30,185 nucleotides of DNA from Allobaculum fili (GCF_020969955.1 NZ_JAHDSX010000030.1:1-30185); one strand, 5' to 3'; positions 16,563-25,252 are shown, counted from the stretch's first letter. Numbers and translations: made by a program. The notes: generated by a model from the sequence alone, not told the origin.

Positions 16563-17804
16563 ATGAAATTTTTTGATGAGCTCAAATGGCGCGGCCTGGT
16601 GAACGATGTCACTTCTCCCGATCTGGAAGAGGAAATCAACAACGACGAGCTGACCTTCTATATTGGAACCGACCCAACGGCGGATTCCCTGCACATCGGC
16701 CATTACAGTTCGCTGTTGATGGCCAAACGTCTCGAACAGCACGGACATCATCCGATCATGCTCGTCGGCGGTGCGACCGGCTTTATCGGCGACCCGAAAG
16801 CAACCGGCGAAAGAAGCATGCTGACACCGGAAGTTCTCGATCACAACTTCCACGCGCTACACGCCCAGATTTCCAGATTATGGGGCTTTCCGATGGTCAA
16901 CAACCTCGACTGGACCAAGGATCTTTCGATCATCGACTTCCTGCGCGACTACGGAAAACACTTCAACGTCAACTACATGATCAATAAGGAAACGGTAAAG
17001 AAGCGTCTGGATACCGGTATTTCCTACACGGAATTTTCCTACATGATCCTGCAGTCGCTCGACTTCCTGCATCTGTTTGAAGAATACAACTGCCGTCTGC
17101 AGATCGGCGGACAGGATCAGTGGGGAAACATCACTTCCGGTCTGGAACTGATCCGCAAGAAAAAAGGATCCGACACCAAAGTCTTCGGTCTGACCATGCC
17201 GCTGATTACCAAAGCGGACGGTACAAAATTCGGCAAGAGCGAAACGGGAACCGTATGGCTCGACGCGGACAAAACCAGCCCGTACCAGCTGTACCAGTTT
17301 CTGCTGAACACGGAAGATGCCAAGGTGATCGAATACCTCAAGAAACTGACGTTCCTGAGCGTGGAAGAGATCATGGCTCTGGAAAAAGAAGTGGAAGAAA
17401 ATCCTGGCCGCCGTGCAGCCCAGAAAAAGCTGGCGGAAGAAGTCGTTCGCGACCTTCACGGGGAAGAAGCACTCGAAGGCGCTCTGAAAATCACAAATGC
17501 GCTCTTTGGCGGATCGCTTGAAGAACTGACCGAAGCACAGCGGCGAGAACTCGTAAACACCATGGAGAAAACACCGGCAGCTGCAGGCAAGCTCGAAGAC
17601 GTTCTGATTGCCGCAAAAGCTGCTTCTTCCAAGCGCGAAGCCCGCGAATTCATCAAGGGCAACGCGGTTTCGGTAAACGGACAGAAAGTCAACGACCCGA
17701 ACATGCCGATCGATCTGAACAGCACCTACGTCGATAATGTGGTTCTGATCAAGCGCGGTAAAAAGAAAAACTACGCGATTGAACTGACCGAAGCGGCGGA
17801 ATAA
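16563..17804 (+). CDS. tyrS: Tyrosine--tRNA ligase
   Basis: 413 aa from MKFFDELKWRGLV. HIGH-type motif (DSLHIGH), KMSKS-type motif KFGKS, and a C-terminal S4-like domain. GGAGG RBS 6 nt upstream of the ATG at 16563. Confidence 0.95.
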   Translation: MKFFDELKWRGLVNDVTSPDLEEEINNDELTFYIGTDPTADSLHIGHYSSLLMAKRLEQHGHHPIMLVGGATGFIGDPKATGERSMLTPEVLDHNFHALHAQISRLWGFPMVNNLDWTKDLSIIDFLRDYGKHFNVNYMINKETVKKRLDTGISYTEFSYMILQSLDFLHLFEEYNCRLQIGGQDQWGNITSGLELIRKKKGSDTKVFGLTMPLITKADGTKFGKSETGTVWLDADKTSPYQLYQFLLNTEDAKVIEYLKKLTFLSVEEIMALEKEVEENPGRRAAQKKLAEEVVRDLHGEEALEGALKITNALFGGSLEELTEAQRRELVNTMEKTPAAAGKLEDVLIAAKAASSKREAREFIKGNAVSVNGQKVNDPNMPIDLNSTYVDNVVLIKRGKKKNYAIELTEAAE

Positions 17805-17859
17805 GTCCGAGCTTCTGACAGCCCTTAAAAGGGCAGATTCAATTCATTAGAAAAACCAG

Positions 17860-17908
17860 AAAGGATTTTCGAGTGGCCAGCACTTTGAAAATCCTTTTTC
17901 GTTTTTCT
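17860..17908 (+). terminator. Rho-independent terminator of tyrS
   Basis: AAAGGATTTTC / GAAAATCCTTT 11-bp stem, 16-nt loop, then TTCGTTTTT. Confidence 0.6.
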
Positions 17909-18401
17909 GCGAAGAAATCGAAATGGACAGACTGAACAAAAGCAGGCTTATCAAAAACGGAGCGTCAGCGCAATTCATTCTGGAAAGCATCTGCACCCAG
18001 CGCAGGAAGCGGCATTCCAAATATTTGCCTTTCCATATATTTGTAGATATTTATGAGTATCGATCTTTATTTGTCAGATCGTTTCGGAAAGAAATGTCTA
18101 GGGCGTTACGTTCGTTTTTTGATTTCAGAGGAGTGTAATGCGTCACGGGATTCCACTCCTGTTCTGTTTATTCAGGGCTCTCGAAGACAGACGTCCTTTT
18201 CCAAAAACGGTGTGAAAAACGCCCAAAACGATTCGCGAAAATTCTTTCGGTCATCTTCGTGGATATTCTGAATCTCCTGTTGCAGGATTTGAATCCGGTC
18301 ACACTTTTTCTCTTTCCGTCAGACAGGTAAGAAAGATATGCGGGTGACAAAGGAAAATGGTCTGTCAGAACAATCGAATTCTGACATCAGGAGATATAGA
18401 C

Positions 18402-19379
18402 ATGAAACATAGAAAAGCAGCCATTCTTGGTGTTGGACACGTTGGAGCCCACGTCGCCAGCGCTCTGTGCATGGAAGGCATTGTCGATGAGCTCATTCTT
18501 ATCGATACGCGTCCGCAGAAAATCATCAGCGAAGCACAGGATCTGAATGACGCTCTGCTGTACACGTCCTGGAGCGTCAACGTACATCCAGGCGATTTCG
18601 CGGATCTGAAAGACTGCGATGTACTCATTAACGCTGCAGGAGACATTGAACTGCTTCGCGGAAACGAAGAGCGGTCCAGCGAACTGGATTTTACAATTCG
18701 TGCTGTACATTCCTTTGCGCCTAAAATCGCCAAAAGCGGATTCAAAGGCGTCATCATCAATATTTCCAATCCGTGCGATGTCGTGACGCGCGCACTGGCC
18801 AAAGGATGCGGTCTGCCGTATGGTCATATATTTGGAACCGGAACCGCACTGGATACTTCGCGTCTGGTCGGCGCCATTTCCAAAAAGACAGGACTGGCCC
18901 GCCATTCTATTACCGCAATGATGCTTGGCGAGCACGGCAACCGTCAGTTTGCTCCAAAGTCCGTCCTTTCCTTCCAGGGAGCCCCGTTAAAAGCGGCTTC
19001 GTTGCTTGCCAAGGACCTGGACTGGAAAGAACTCGAACAGGAAGCCATTAAAGGCGGCTGGGTCACGTTTGCGGGCAAGCAGTGCACCGAATACGGCATT
19101 GCCGCAACTGCTGCTCGACTGGCTGAAGCGGTACTGAGGGACGAGCATCTGATTCTTCCGGTTTCCGCACCGCTGAGCGGGGAATACGGTCAGTACGATC
19201 TGTATGCGGGCGTACCGGCGGTCATCGGCCGGCACGGCATTGAAAAAGTCATCGTTCTGCCCTTAAACGATGAAGAGAAAACGGAATTTCTGGCCTGCTG
19301 CGACGCCATTCGTTCTAATGTGGAAAAAGCGGATGCGCTGGTGGAGCAGCTGAACGCAAAGAAAAAGCACAGCAGTTAA
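18402..19379 (+). CDS. L-lactate/malate dehydrogenase-family 2-hydroxyacid dehydrogenase (atypical substrate loop)
   Basis: 325 aa from MKHRKAAILGVGHVGAH (Rossmann GxGxxG). ISNPCDV, GTGTALDTSRL (Arg171 equivalent) and LGEHG (catalytic His) are present. AGGAGA RBS. Confidence 0.8.
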   Translation: MKHRKAAILGVGHVGAHVASALCMEGIVDELILIDTRPQKIISEAQDLNDALLYTSWSVNVHPGDFADLKDCDVLINAAGDIELLRGNEERSSELDFTIRAVHSFAPKIAKSGFKGVIINISNPCDVVTRALAKGCGLPYGHIFGTGTALDTSRLVGAISKKTGLARHSITAMMLGEHGNRQFAPKSVLSFQGAPLKAASLLAKDLDWKELEQEAIKGGWVTFAGKQCTEYGIAATAARLAEAVLRDEHLILPVSAPLSGEYGQYDLYAGVPAVIGRHGIEKVIVLPLNDEEKTEFLACCDAIRSNVEKADALVEQLNAKKKHSS

Positions 19380-19457
19380 AACTTCTTTTCAGGCAGTCTG
19401 CCCGGAGCGGACGTCCAAAATGGATATCAGCCTGTCTTCAGGCCGTCACAATTAAAT

Positions 19458-19509
19458 AACGCCTTAGCTAAAGGTTTCTGACCGACAGCTAAGGCGTTTC
19501 GATTTTATT
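19458..19509. terminator. Bidirectional terminator between convergent LDH-family gene and aroE
   Basis: AACGCCTTAGCT / AGCTAAGGCGTT 12-bp perfect stem, 17-nt loop. TCGATTTTATT on plus and ATTTAATT on minus. Confidence 0.6.
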
Positions 19510-19518
19510 GCAGACTGG

Positions 19519-20388
19519 CTAGGCGCTGAAATATTTTTCCTTGATCAAATCGACCGGCATATCGTGACCAGTCCAGAGCTTGAAGGAAGCAGCGCCCTGA
19601 TACAGAAGCATGTACATGCCGTTGGACGTCTTGCATCCAGCGGCTTTTGCGTCTTTGAGCAGTTTTGTTTCTTTCGGATTGTAAATGACATCAAATACGA
19701 AAAGATCCGGACGGAACAGGGAAGTATCCTGAATGATCGAACGATCTGTATTCGGAGCCATGCCTACTGATGTGCCGTTGACGAGAATGGCGCTGTTCGC
19801 GATGGCTTTGCGAAGGACTTCCGGATCGGAATAATCGTGGACGCGAACCGTGCAGTTCGTGCGCTCATTCAGCTTTTCGGCAATTTCTTCAAGGCGGCCG
19901 AAGAAATCGTCGCGAATGTTGAAAACGTCGATTTCCTTGACGCCATCCAGGGCAGCCTGAACCAGAATGGCCGTGGCCGCGCCGCCGGCACCGAGCAGGG
20001 TCATGTTTTTTCCGATAATATTTACGCCGCATTCTTCCACGGCTTTCATAAAGCCGATACCGTCGGTCGTATAGGCGGTCAGAACACCGTCTTCGTTGAC
20101 GATGGTATTGCAGGCGCCGGTAATTTCCGAAGCGGGGGAGAGATTATCCGCCAGCGTGCACATGATGTTTTTGCCCGGCATGGTGATGTTCCAGCCTCTT
20201 GCTTTAAACAGCTTCAGCGCTTCTACGGCTTTCGGCATGTCTACTTCAGGCACATCAAAGGCAAGGTAGGCATAGTCGAGACCAAGCGCGTCGCATGCTT
20301 CGTTATGCATGGCAGGGGAAATGGAGTGAGCGACCGGTGAACCCAGAAGGCAGAGCAGACCGGTATGTCCGGTAATCGATTGAGTCAT
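19519..20388 (-). CDS. aroE: Shikimate dehydrogenase
   Basis: 289 aa. LLGSPVAHSISPAMHN and GWNITMPGK match the AroE signatures (G.P..HS.SP..HN; G.NVT.P.K). LLGAGGAA NADP-binding loop. Confidence 0.9.
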   Translation of the reverse strand: MTQSITGHTGLLCLLGSPVAHSISPAMHNEACDALGLDYAYLAFDVPEVDMPKAVEALKLFKARGWNITMPGKNIMCTLADNLSPASEITGACNTIVNEDGVLTAYTTDGIGFMKAVEECGVNIIGKNMTLLGAGGAATAILVQAALDGVKEIDVFNIRDDFFGRLEEIAEKLNERTNCTVRVHDYSDPEVLRKAIANSAILVNGTSVGMAPNTDRSIIQDTSLFRPDLFVFDVIYNPKETKLLKDAKAAGCKTSNGMYMLLYQGAASFKLWTGHDMPVDLIKEKYFSA

Positions 20389-20496
20389 ACTGATTCATCC
20401 TTTCGAAAGATTTGTAAGCAGAAGGAACAGCCGTTTCTTTCTCAGAGTAAGAGAGAGGATGCTTATCTTTTTAAAACGGGACTCTTTAAAACAGGG

Positions 20497-21306
20497 CTAT
20501 TCCTGAGCCTGCCCGGCCGATTCGGCATCCTTGCAGGCTTTGACTTTGGAAATAATTTCCTCGCAAATGCGATAGACGTCTTTTCCGTCGGTATTGACGA
20601 TAATATCCGCCGCTGCCATATAGGCGGGATTGCGTTTTTCCATCAGATCCGTGATGTGTTCGACCGTTTTGTTGTTTTCGAGAAGCGGGCGATCGTGGCT
20701 GTCCTGGACACGGTCGAGAATAGTCGCCGGATCGGCGGTCAGCAGAACGATTTTTCCGGATTTGCGCATTTCATCGACATTGACCTGACGCATAGCGACA
20801 CCGCCGCCGCAGGAAATGATCTGATCATGCTTGCCGCGGCACGATTTGAGCAGATTCGTTTCTTCGTCGCGGAAATACTGTTCCCCGCGCAAATCGAAGA
20901 TTTCGGAAATGGACATGCCGTTCTGTTCGGCGATAATCTGGTCCATTTCGATGACATCCATCGCGAAAACCTGCTTGAGGGCTTTGGCGACTGTACTTTT
21001 TCCCACGCCCATGAAGCCGATCAGGAAAATGTTGAAGCCGAACAGTTCGTGCGACTGAATTCGCTTGGAGTAATAAAGAATCGAATCGTAAACGCCCATA
21101 ATGGCATCCCGGTATTCGTAGTCAGCAAGTTTCTTATTGAAATTGCGCTTTTTGCGTTCTTCCTCTTCCGACTGAACGGCCGCAATTCCAAGTTCCTGTT
21201 TGCAGGAGATGAACTCCTGAATCATCTGCGAACGCATGCGAAGCGTATTGATCAGAATTTCATCGCAAAGATCAAGGTCATTGCGAAGCTTTTCGAGTTT
21301 ATCCAT
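20497..21306 (-). CDS. aroK: Bifunctional chorismate mutase (AroQ-type) / shikimate kinase
   Basis: 269 aa from MDKLEKLRNDLDLCDEILINTLRMRS (AroQ LR..ID..D..I, K, and terminal SKRIQ). Followed by the shikimate kinase P-loop IGFMGVGKST, then GEQYFRDEE and ISCGGG. The start at 21306 was preferred over the 21357 extension. Confidence 0.8.
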   Translation of the reverse strand: MDKLEKLRNDLDLCDEILINTLRMRSQMIQEFISCKQELGIAAVQSEEEERKKRNFNKKLADYEYRDAIMGVYDSILYYSKRIQSHELFGFNIFLIGFMGVGKSTVAKALKQVFAMDVIEMDQIIAEQNGMSISEIFDLRGEQYFRDEETNLLKSCRGKHDQIISCGGGVAMRQVNVDEMRKSGKIVLLTADPATILDRVQDSHDRPLLENNKTVEHITDLMEKRNPAYMAAADIIVNTDGKDVYRICEEIISKVKACKDAESAGQAQE

Positions 21307-21659
21307 TTGAAATTTCCTTTTCTCAGGGATTTCGTAATGCCGAAACCCAGATCCCAATCAGTATAGGCAAGCGGTTAAAAGCTTGTAAAGGACTCCGCCT
21401 TTCTTACAATAGGTTTCAAATAGTTTTATAGAAACTTGCAGGTTTTCATAATGACGCATTCCAAATCCAATTCCATTGTATTTTGATCCATCGAAAGGTA
21501 TCTCTCGGACTGGAGAGGCGAATACACACGCAGCTCCACGACCAGCAGGACGTCTTTGAAAAGTCAGGAATGGAAAAATGCCCGCAGGGGCTTTAAAAGA
21601 TTCGAATGAGCCTGAATTCCTGGAATATATTCTTTCTACGCCAGATTTTCAAAGGGAAT

Positions 21660-21703
21660 AAAACTCCGAAAAACACTTTATATAAAGTGAATATCGGAGT
21701 TTT
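21660..21703. repeat. Composite hairpin: 10-bp arms AAAACTCCGA/TCGGAGTTTT enclosing the 16-bp perfect palindrome CACTTTATATAAAGTG
   Basis: Read directly. Lies about 70 nt upstream of the degraded transposase start. Confidence 0.6.
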
Positions 21704-21772
21704 GATTTGCGGATTTCACTCGATATGATTTAATGTAGTAAAAAATAAATGCACGTTACTGCAGGTGATTCT

Positions 21773-22719
21773 ATGCATATCGTCTATAACAAAAAAAACG
21801 GTGTGCTTTTTGCACGCCTGGCCGTATCGAAAAGGGTTGGAAAAACTGTAAAAAAAGAATCTATCAACCTCGGAAGAGTCCTTGATAAAGAGAAAGGAGT
21901 CACCAGAGCCGGGATAGAGGAGTTTTTATCTATGATCTGAAGACGGATACCTATACTAAAACCGATGATTATGAACTAGCAAGGCGCAAACACAAGCGGA
22001 AGGAGCAACTGATTTTTGATTTTGGCGATATCTGCCTCATTGATCAGTTCATCCGAAAGCATCCCGCGCTAAGGAACGCAATCGACAGTATCGGCTGTTC
22101 AAACATGGATTCCGTCTTCAGCCTTCTCTGCTTCTATATCCTTTCGAACTGCTCGAATCGTCTGTGCCAATCCTGGCGGGAAAGCAGTTTTGCCAGAATC
22201 CTTTTTCCTGACGCGAGACTGTCCAGCCAGAGGATCTCGGATATTCTCGCTCTTCTGAGCGAAGAATACCCTTGTCGTGAATTATTCAAGTTCTATCTGA
22301 AGCTGTTCAAAGAGGATCTGGAAGGAGATGGGACAAACGTCCTGATCGATTCGACCGGGCTCCCAGACAGTATTCATTTCCCACTGACAGCGATCAGTAA
22401 TCACAATGGGGAAATCGAGAACGAAGTCCGCCGGATCTATGTGACTCAGCAGGAGACCGGACTGCCAGTATGCTTTAGATACTGTCCAGGAATTGTGATC
22501 GATGTTTCCACTTTATCGCGGACAATGAGAGAGTTGAAAAAGGCCGGAGTTAATACAAAGTTAGCTATTCTTGACGCTTGATATCTTACAAAGACTAATT
22601 TAGAAGAATTGTACGAAGACAAAATCTCTTTTCTCATGCGCTTGGACTCTTTGTTAACATGCGCTATTCGAAAATGATCGAAAGCGCTGCATAACGAAAA
22701 CGCGCCATAACGAAAACGC
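21773..22719 (+). mobile_element. Degraded IS: DDE transposase pseudogene (IS4/IS1634-superfamily-like), 3' truncated
   Basis: MHIVYNKKNGVLFARLAVSKRVGKTVKKESINLGRVLDKEKG. After a frameshift near 21900: QSRDRGVFIYDLKTDTY...NVLIDSTGL (first D)...AILDA-TGA-Y (second D motif interrupted by an in-frame stop at 22579-22581). Further frame breaks and a 16-nt tandem duplication follow. No third catalytic region. Confidence 0.65.
22690..22719 (+). repeat. Tandem duplication with 16-nt period (CATAACGAAAACGC x2)
   Basis: Copies at 22690-22703 and 22706-22719. Because 16 is not a multiple of 3, the duplication is itself frame-disrupting. Confidence 0.7.
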
Positions 22720-23022
22720 TGCGTAATAGATCTCAGGACAAAGACAGACTGAGCGCAGTGCTCATACCATTTTGAAAAAAACTCTTTTTCACAAAAGCAG
22801 ATTTTTGAAAGAACAGAACCGGCCGGAATATTCTGGCCAGATCCATCCTTACTTTGTTTAAGAATCCAGTTCCAGACTGTCTGTTCCGGTTCGGGGTGAG
22901 CCGGAAGAGACACCCTTTACTGCCTGCATTCAGGCAGACCGGTCATTTTGAGAAGACTCTTCAGAAATGGCTTTAGACCTTGAAAGACTGAACGGAAAAG
23001 ATTTTCCAGAAAGGATTTGAAT

Positions 23023-23784
23023 ATGAATACTGTAAATGTACGCAATATCGAAATCGGAAGCGGAAAGCCGAAAGTCATTGTTCCGATTGTAGCGGTAACT
23101 AAAGAAGACATCCTGAAGGAAGCGGCAGAAATCGCCAGTCTTCCTGCGGATGTTCTGGAATGGCGCGTCGACTGGTTTGAAAACAGCGAAGATCTCGCGT
23201 CAGTAAAAGACGTTCTGAAAGGACTTCGTGAAGTGCTTGGCGATATGCCGATTCTCATGACATTCCGCACGAAAAAAGAAGGCGGCGAAAAAGCAATTTC
23301 CATGCAGGACTACATCGACCTTAACGTGGAAGCTGCCAAAAGCGGTCTCGTGGATCTTGTCGATGTTGAAATCTTCAGCGGAGACGACACGGTCAGCGCC
23401 ATCCTGGACGGCGCGCACGCAAATGGTGTAAAAGTCGTTGCTTCCAATCATGACTTTTTCAAGACGCCGGATCAGGACGACATCGTTTCCCGTCTGGTCA
23501 AAATGCAGGAGATGGGCGCCGACATCTGCAAAATTGCCGTCATGCCGCAAAATCGCCGCGACGTGCTCACGCTGCTGAGCGCGACCGAAAAAATGGCCAA
23601 TGACATTGCCGATCGTCCGATCATCACGATGTCCATGGCCAAAGACGGCGTGATCAGCCGCCTTTGCGGCGAAGCGTTCGGTTCGTCGATGACTTTTGGA
23701 GCCGCCGGAAAGGCTTCCGCTCCCGGTCAGATGAATGTGGAAACGCTCGTTCAGATTCTCGATGCGCTGCATCAGGCGCTTTAA
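23023..23784 (+). CDS. aroD: 3-dehydroquinate dehydratase, type I
   Basis: 253 aa. VNVRNIEIGSGKPKVIVPIV...DVLEWRVDWF is the typical AroD N-terminus. Schiff-base Lys context CKIAVMP and MSMAKDGVISR are present. Confidence 0.9.
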   Translation: MNTVNVRNIEIGSGKPKVIVPIVAVTKEDILKEAAEIASLPADVLEWRVDWFENSEDLASVKDVLKGLREVLGDMPILMTFRTKKEGGEKAISMQDYIDLNVEAAKSGLVDLVDVEIFSGDDTVSAILDGAHANGVKVVASNHDFFKTPDQDDIVSRLVKMQEMGADICKIAVMPQNRRDVLTLLSATEKMANDIADRPIITMSMAKDGVISRLCGEAFGSSMTFGAAGKASAPGQMNVETLVQILDALHQAL

Positions 23785-23865
23785 GCAAGACTTCAATCGG
23801 CTTTTTCCAGTGAAAGCAGGGGAATGAAAAGCCCCAGGTCAAAGCTGGCAGGCGGTGTGAACTAT

Positions 23866-23899
23866 TCAAAAAAAGCACCGTCTGCTTTTGTATTTTTTG
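23866..23899 (+). terminator. Possible terminator of aroD
   Basis: AAGCA / TGCTT stem extended by A/T pairs, then TTGTATTTTTT. Weak stem. Confidence 0.35.
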
Positions 23900-24179
23900 A
23901 ATCTGGATGACGCCGAATGGATGATTTTGTTATCTCAAAACGGTTTCCAGAGTTTTAGCAGGCAACTGCCGGTCTGTCGATCAAAGTGCCCGCATAATTT
24001 CCAGACCTGGCGTCGTTCGAATTCCAATATAAGAATTTGAATAGGGTGTCCGCAGGTGAGTTCTGCCTCTCTGGCGCTTTGCTCCATTGCGTCTGCTTCG
24101 TTCTATATGCCTCCGTTTCCATCTTCATTTTCTTCCATATTCATCGTATTCATCGTCCTCAGAAAAGAAGAGCTGATCT

Positions 24180-24786
24180 ATGAAAAAGGGCTGCACTGGC
24201 TGGATGACTGTCTGGAAAAATTTCTGCTTTGTCTCGCCCTGGCAGCCATGGCCGTCATCATGGGCATTCAGGTGTTTTGCCGCAGCGTTTTGTTCATGTC
24301 GCTTTCCTGATCGGAAGAGCTGACGCGCTGTCTGTTTATCTGGAGCGGCTTTCTCAGTGTCAGCTGCTGCACCATATACTGCATTTCCATCAAGATCGAA
24401 CAGGTTGCGGCAAGACTTTCCCGGCGTAAATAAGCGGTTTTGAAAGTGATCAGCCACACGATCGAACTGGCGTTCTTTTTAAACATGATTCCGTATACGT
24501 TCTCATTTTTCATGTCTTCGGTATAAAGCGGGCAGGTTTCGCCCGCATGTCAGATTCCGATGGACTGCGTGCAGGCGGTGCCTTTTGTTTCCTTTGTTCT
24601 GGTCGCCATCTGCATCTTGCAGCGCTGGATCATCGAATTCAAAGTGTGCCTGAACCTTCCCCTCAACGATCCGGCCCATCCGGAACGCAGTACGCAGGAA
24701 TCGTTCATTCAGGCCAATACCGATCCAGAGCCGGTCGGCGTATCCGGCATGGATTCGTCTGTAACGTCTGGAAAAGGAGAAAGCGT
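24180..24786 (+). pseudogene. dctQ: TRAP transporter small permease (DctQ-type) pseudogene
   Basis: One frame reads (MKK)GLHWLDDCLEKFLLCLALAAMAVIMGIQVFCRSVLFMSLS*SEELTRCLFIWSGFLSVS...RRK*AVLKVISHTIELAFFLNMIPYTF...SSV*SGQVSPACQIPMDCVQAVPFVSFVLVAICIL. In-frame stops at 24308-24310 (TGA), 24431-24433 (TAA) and 24524-24526 (TAA). The ATG at 24180 is out of frame with the body. Confidence 0.65.
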
Positions 24787-24897
24787 ACGAGTGTCCTTCT
24801 TCTGTTTGCAGTCTTTACGATTTTGCTGGTGATCGCGGTTCCGATTTCCATCTTCCTTGGAATTACTTCGGTATTGCCGTCGATTTTTGGTTCTTCC
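24787..24897 (+). pseudogene. dctM: TRAP large permease (DctM-type) 5' fragment, about 35 codons
   Basis: (T)SVLLLFAVFTILLVIAVPISIFLGITSVLPSIFGSS resembles a DctM N-terminus. AAGGAGA RBS sits 6 nt upstream of an ACG where ATG is expected. The frame then runs into unrelated sequence. Confidence 0.5.
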
Positions 24898-24901
24898 TTA
24901 G

Positions 24902-25147
24902 ATGACGGAGGAACAGAAGGAAATTCTAAAAGAAGCGGCTTCCATCGCTGCCGACTATGCGCGCGAGAAGTCGGATGAGCGCATCGCCAGACAAAGAGAA
25001 GAAATTGAAGAAAACGGAAGTGAAATTCTCGAACTCGATGCCGCTGTGCAGGAAGCAATTCGCGAAAAGGCAGCGCCGTTCTATCCGTCGATTCAGACCG
25101 ATATCGATCCCGCGCTCTATGCGCTCTATACGAGGGAAGTCCAGTAA
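24902..25147 (+). pseudogene. dctP: TRAP solute-binding protein (DctP-type) 3' fragment, 81 codons
   Basis: TEEQKEILKEAASIAADYAREKSDERIARQREEIEENGSEILELDAAVQEAIREKAAPFY matches the C-terminal helices of DctP-family SBPs (Ls.e.q..l.eA....G.e......F). No signal peptide or N-domain. Confidence 0.55.
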
Positions 25148-25204
25148 ACAGATTTCGATCTGGCCACGTAAGTTTTGAACCGTTCTAAAACGCATTAAGC
25201 AGAT

Positions 25205-25252
25205 AAAAGGCCGTATTCCTCATCCAGCCAGAAGGAATACGGCCTTTTATCG
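25205..25252 (+). terminator. Rho-independent terminator after the TRAP remnant
   Basis: AAAAGGCCGTATTCC / GGAATACGGCCTTTT 15-bp perfect stem, 14-nt loop, then ATCG. The T-run is part of the stem end. Confidence 0.55.

Noticed and set aside
17923-18350. Small ORFs (71, 72 and 60 aa) and a 7-bp hairpin (AGGAGTG...CACTCCT) in the 490-nt region upstream of the LDH-family gene.
   Set aside because: No RBSs, highly basic and odd translations, and no recognisable motifs. The region may be a long leader or a decayed gene, but I cannot support any call.
20463-20492. Tandem-like TTTAAAACGGGACTC / TTTAAAACAGGGCTA in the aroK-aroE spacer.
   Set aside because: There are only two imperfect copies in a 108-nt intercistronic gap, with no hairpin or known motif. 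It is likely a chance or slippage duplication.
22579-22581. In-frame TGA at a position expected to be Gly (transposase DAGY motif), and TGA at 24308-24310 where Trp is expected (DctQ W-x-EEL): possible TGA recoding (code 4 or code 25)?
   Set aside because: The two sites would require different meanings (Gly versus Trp). The same dctQ frame also carries two TAA stops. TGA serves as a normal stop for the MFS transporter (5530) and for the ancestral SNF2 frame. Simple nonsense mutations in pseudogenes are the parsimonious reading.
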